Shown here: piece after piece, positions 59,559 through 64,000 of the stretch
How the letters are laid out: each line of letters opens with the position of its first letter
Numbering within the stretch: the first letter of the stretch is position 1
DNA from: Oculina patagonica
Taxonomy: Eukaryota
Assembly (NCBI RefSeq): GCF_052425735.1
Contig: NC_135763.1
Span: 7,688,001 to 7,752,000, forward strand
Direction of reading: 5' to 3'
Length of the DNA stretch: 64,000 nucleotides
The notes under the pieces: generated by a model
The model's input: the letters and a program-made list of their open reading frames with translations, nothing else
Told to the model about the DNA's origin: nothing
Database searches by the model: none
Position numbers and translations under genes: made by a program

Positions 59559-61085
59559 TTAAACAAACAAGGCAGACTTCAGTCCATCTCGTAGCTCTTT
59601 GTTTCTCAAGATATAAATTATAGGGTTGAAAGAAGAGATTGAAATTACCATTGATAACGCCCACGGTTGCAAGGTAGAGTACGCCTTTGGAAAAGAAGCC
59701 TGGATCATCTTGTTCAACAATATTGGTGCCAGGGAGAGCAGAAGAACCAGGCTAACAACAAGCATGTTAAAGGCCACCTTTTTCTCCCACCGTAATATCA
59801 CTGTCAACTGTAATGGTACAACTGCTCCTCTGAGTTGGTTGTTATGACGACGGATGGCAAAGAACATTCTGACGTGATTGACAATGGGAAGAACAACGAA
59901 GATAATCGTGCTTGTGATGGCAAAAATTAATCCAAGCAAAGAAGTGAGGACAAACTGAGCAATACCACTCAGCAAAAACCAACCTATTCCAGTTATCGCT
60001 ATTATGTTAAGTGTCCCTGTGGAAATTCAAAGAAACATAAAGATTACTCCAAGGAATGCAAGAAAGTATCAGTTGATTAGTGTACGATCCAAAGGAAACT
60101 ATGAAATTGAGTCGGGCGAAAAATGTCACCTTGAGGGCGTCTGCATGTAAAAATCGAATTCGAGGAATTGTGATAAAATGAAATCAATGCAAGTTTTTAT
60201 CCTACTATATTGCTGTATTTTGCATAAATTCCATCCGCCGTTATTCAGTCCTCGGGCTCGATCGGGCGGTATTTCCATCTTTCCTAGATTTCACAAAATT
60301 TACAGACGCTGGAAGCTTTAAACAATATTTTTTGAAAATAATTCACCAAAAGGGCCTTTTCGACAAAATAAAAAAAGATTCGAATTTTCAGTCCTGTCCC
60401 AAGATTTTCGATATTTACAGACAGACACTCTACAGAAAGTTTTCAATCGGTTTCATTTGCACTTAATGACGAAAGATAAAATACGACATGGATAGACCGA
60501 CAAACAGACGGACGGATTTAAGGATGAATTAATGCGAGGAAATGAAATAAAGATAGGAGGGAAGCAGGCATGCAAGCAAACAGAAGAATGGCTTTCTAAA
60601 TGACTTTCCTAAAGTTTGCTGAACTTTGAATTACCTTTGTTGGTCACAACTGCGCGATACACCATTGGTCTGGACAAAGCAAAATGCCGATCAAAGCTGA
60701 TAACAGTTAAAAAGGCGAAGGACCATCCAGACGTTAACATTATGGAAGCGTAAAAAGCGGCAAACAGATCATCTTGGTGACTACATGATGAAGTACCACG
60801 ATAAATTATTAACCGCAGAGTTACGAAAATTGGCTGAGCTGTTAAACTTGTCAGACAATCAGTAGCGGCCAGACTGCACAGGAGGATGTTGCATGGTCTC
60901 TTTAAGGAAGGTGATTTGATGATCGTCACAATAATGGCCAGGTTACTGAGTATTGAAAAAACACAGCAGGGTACGTTTACTGCAGCCACCAGAGCATCGT
61001 TGATGTATGAAGCCGTATTGTTGCCCGGAATTCCAAACCACTCAGGCACACCACAGAAAATGCCGCTGCTTTCCTTTTGAGCCAT
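59559..61085 (-). CDS. Rhodopsin-class (class A) GPCR, melanocortin/adenosine-receptor-like orphan, about 302 aa
   Basis: Coding exons 61085-60635 and 60016-59559 with a phase-1 GT-AG intron; motifs SN (TM1), LAATD (TM2), DRH (TM3), EKK..P (TM6), NPIIY (TM7); probable 5'UTR intron 61333-61092. Confidence 0.9.
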
Positions 61086-61553
61086 TTTTCTCTGTGAAAA
61101 CAAAAATGCGTTTTTATGGTGTCTCCTAACCTGTAGGAATCGCAACGTTTCATATACCAAATGATTAGAAATATATTTAAAATTTAACACGTAAGGTTTA
61201 GTCTCTATAATTAGGACATAATTTATTACCAATCGGAGGTTACATCCAGAATCATAGTAGAAACATTTTTATTGGTATGCTGTACAAATTTGGCACATGT
61301 GAAGATACTAAAATATGGGGTGAAATAACTTACGCGCATGCCAAGAAGTGCAGGAATTAAGGTTTCCGTCGCTAGGAGCTGGAGGGGAGGTGGGTGGCAA
61401 ACAGAAGCCTCGACCACACTCTCGGTGCATGAACGCACCTGTCATGATATATGTGTTACGTCACTCGTAATCACGTGTTCTTTCAATAAACATGGCATGG
61501 TGTCAGATGTGGTAGATTCAAACACAGTTTGAACTACAAAAACCTAGCTCAAA

Positions 61554-62180
61554 ATGAGTGTATTCAAGCCGCCCTCAACGCTAAGTCTAGAGGGAAATGT
61601 TGCAGAAAACTGGCGTAAGTGGAAACAGCGATTTCAACTGTACATGGAAGCTTCAGGATCAATGAAGAAACCCGAGAAGCAACGTCTCGCCATATTTCTT
61701 CATCTCGTGGGAGAAGAAGCACTTGAGATTTACAACACATTTTCATTGTCGACCGCGGAGCAAAAGCTCGACGTCCTATTCCAGAAATTTGAGGACTATT
61801 GTAATCCGAGGCGGAATATCACATTTGAACGGCACAAATTCTTCACCTGTGTTCAGGAACCGACCGAAGGCATCGACCAGTATGTAACCGAGCTGCGCAC
61901 CAAAGCAAGCACGTGCGAATTTGGCGTACTGTGTGAAAGCTTAATTCGAGATAGAATCGTTTGTGGAATACTTTGCGACACTATGAGAGAAAAGTTATTG
62001 CAAGAAAACGATTTAAGTCTTCAGAAAGCCATTGATATGTGCAGAGCGTCGAGTTTTCCAAACGCCAAACGAAATCGATCACCGAAGAATCGAAGAGTGT
62101 AGATTATGTAGATAAGAAAGCTACGCCGAGTGGCAAATTCCCGCCAAAGGACAGAAAGGATAACTCAGAGACTCAAAGGA
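61554..62180 (+). pseudogene. Gypsy gag N-terminal part with a 1-nt frameshift near 62048
   Basis: ENWRKWKQRFQLY...FERHKFFTCVQ...IRDRIVCG...LSLQKAIDMCRA continues in another frame as VEFSKRQTKSI. Confidence 0.85.
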
Positions 62181-63600
62181 CAGTGCAGAATGCATTATGG
62201 CCAATCAATCGACAGCATGATAATAATTTTCCAGCGTAATTTCTCTTGAGAATAAGTCAAATGAGTTCACCTTTCAGTTCAGTATTGAAGCAGCAAATGT
62301 GATATTTGTGCTTTTCGTGCAAAGGTTTGTAACATGATACCTTTGTTTTTCTCTTAGACTGCTATGATGCGTTTAAGTCTAATTAAATTAACGCCACGGA
62401 TTCTACAAGAATCATACCGCATTGTCTCATTCAGCATTAAAATTACAAATTTTCAGAACAGTGCACGAGCAGAGCACAAACTATGAATTACAAAGCATAA
62501 AATGTCGAAATTGCGACTTTTCCCCCGAAATTGCCGCTAAAAATTGCGGCTTTTTCCCCGAAATTGTCGCTATTTTCGTGCGCCAGATCATGCTCTCGCC
62601 ACGGTCTGGTGAACACGTCACACGCAGAGAAGCCGAGAAGCACGTAGTGTGAAGATTTATTTCAAGAAATGTCGGAACCGTCACGAAAGCATGTTCAAAC
62701 AACTTAAGAGGCAGAGGTTTTACAAAATAAAACGGAGAACCGATGGAAAGGAAGTGACGGATGTAATATAATACTGTTGCTTTTCTCGCAGATCGCTGTG
62801 ATGCCTTTTAAGTTTAATTAAATTAACGCCACGGATTCTACAGGAATTCTACCGCATTGAAACGCACACCACGTTAGGCTTTAATACAAAATTTCTAAAC
62901 ACGTCCCTGTTATTTTAATTTTCGATAGCTTGAATTTCAGTTTGATATTGAAACAGCAATGAGATACTTTCGTTTTTGTCAAAAACATGTAACATTACAC
63001 TTTTGTTTTTGTCGAAAACGGATGTAACATGATGATATGGTAACGTGATTTATTTTCTTCAAACAAGGCGACATTGATTAACACAGATATTATCAATTGA
63101 TTATGAGATGCTAGATCACCTTTTCTAAGAAAACAGCGTTGCCATATCAAGAATTATTTCACATGAACTACTATGACGCCTTAGTGTTTAATTCAATTAA
63201 TTCGTGGTTTTAACTTGGCGCCACGGAGTCTACACGAATCCTTCTGCAGAAGAAACACGCAATGTTCGTGATGTAGACTGATCTGCGCATGCGTTTAGCA
63301 CAAAGTATTTTGTTCCAGAAAGAACTGTACCACAAGGAGAGCGTAGTGCTTTCTGAAACAAATATATACCTTGAGTTCTTCAATTGTAAGTATCGTAAAT
63401 ATACTCCCCGTTTTATCAAGGGCACAAGGTCAGGTTCTCTCCATCCCCTCCCCCCTTTACAAAAATAATTAATTAATTGATATTAATTAATTAATTGATG
63501 ATTAAAAGTTTACACCGCGTTAGCGGTTTAGTGGCTTAGTGGTTTAGGGGTTTAGCAGACGCCAACCCACCAAACCATCACAATAGTGCATTCTGCACTA
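62181..63600 (-). mobile_element. 1420-bp insertion in gag, Helentron/HINE-like non-autonomous element
   Basis: 13-bp inverted ends AGTGCAGAATGCA, terminal hairpin TAGTGCA-TTC-TGCACTA, GGTTTAG-like microsatellite, internal duplications, no TSD; removal restores the gag frame. Confidence 0.7.
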
Positions 63601-64000
63601 AAAATGACCAGTCGAAGACAAAAAATGGAATCCAAAAGGCATGCAAGCGATGTGGAACACTTCATGCACCGAGAAAATGTCCAACTTATGGAAAAATCTG
63701 TCTCAAATGCAAGAATCGAAACCACTTCGCATCTCAGTGTCTCACGAAGAATGTTCATTTAGTGGAAAGCAATCAAGCCGCTCAATTTATTGTTGAAGAC
63801 GAGCAGTTAGAAGAGTTATTCATCGGTCAAGTCCAGAAAGATGACCATGGGCAAGAATGGAAAGCATCTCTTCAAGTGAACAACAACATGGTAGAGTTTA
63901 AATTGGATACTGGAGCACAAGCAAATGTAATTCCATCGGATGTATTCAACTCGCTCAAAGGAACACCGCAGCTGAAGACAACTAAAGCAAAACTCACTGG
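63601..64000 (+). pseudogene. Gypsy gag zinc knuckles and aspartic protease (runs off the window)
   Basis: CKRCGTLHAPRKCPTYGKICLKCKNRNHFASQC ... VEFKLDTGAQANVIP. Confidence 0.9.

Larger units (their letters stand above)
61440..64000 (+). mobile_element. Gypsy/Ty3 LTR retrotransposon, 5' part, disrupted
   Basis: Putative LTR 61440-61497, PBS TGGTGTCAGATGTGG (tRNA-Leu-like) 61498-61512, gag from 61554, zinc knuckles and protease after 63600. Confidence 0.9.

Noticed and set aside
63515-63556. Telomere-like GGTTTAG repeats
   Set aside because: Few, imperfect and internal to a mobile element; not TTAGGG telomeric array.

Overview
Eukaryotic, intron-rich genomic DNA. The repeat families and GPCR type suggest a stony coral or related anthozoan (inference). 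Bases 1-54091 hold the 3' part of an axonemal outer-arm dynein heavy chain gene (DNAH5/DNAH8, gamma-type) on the + strand. I traced 67 phase-consistent GT-AG exons to the stop codon, plus one extra frame-preserving candidate cassette exon (28370-28474) encoding a Lys/Gly-rich 35-aa insert between AAA3 and AAA4. The introns contain many MITEs, tRNA-derived SINEs, a Helitron-like element carrying 23-aa STPR-type repeats, and minimal hammerhead-ribozyme motifs. Downstream are a truncated LINE, an intronless 114-aa orphan ORF preceded by a duplicated upstream module, and a two-coding-exon rhodopsin-class GPCR on the - strand. The window ends in the 5' part of a Gypsy LTR retrotransposon with an apparently very short LTR, a frameshifted gag and a nested 1.4-kb insertion. 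All calls were made by eye; no searches or folding programs were run.
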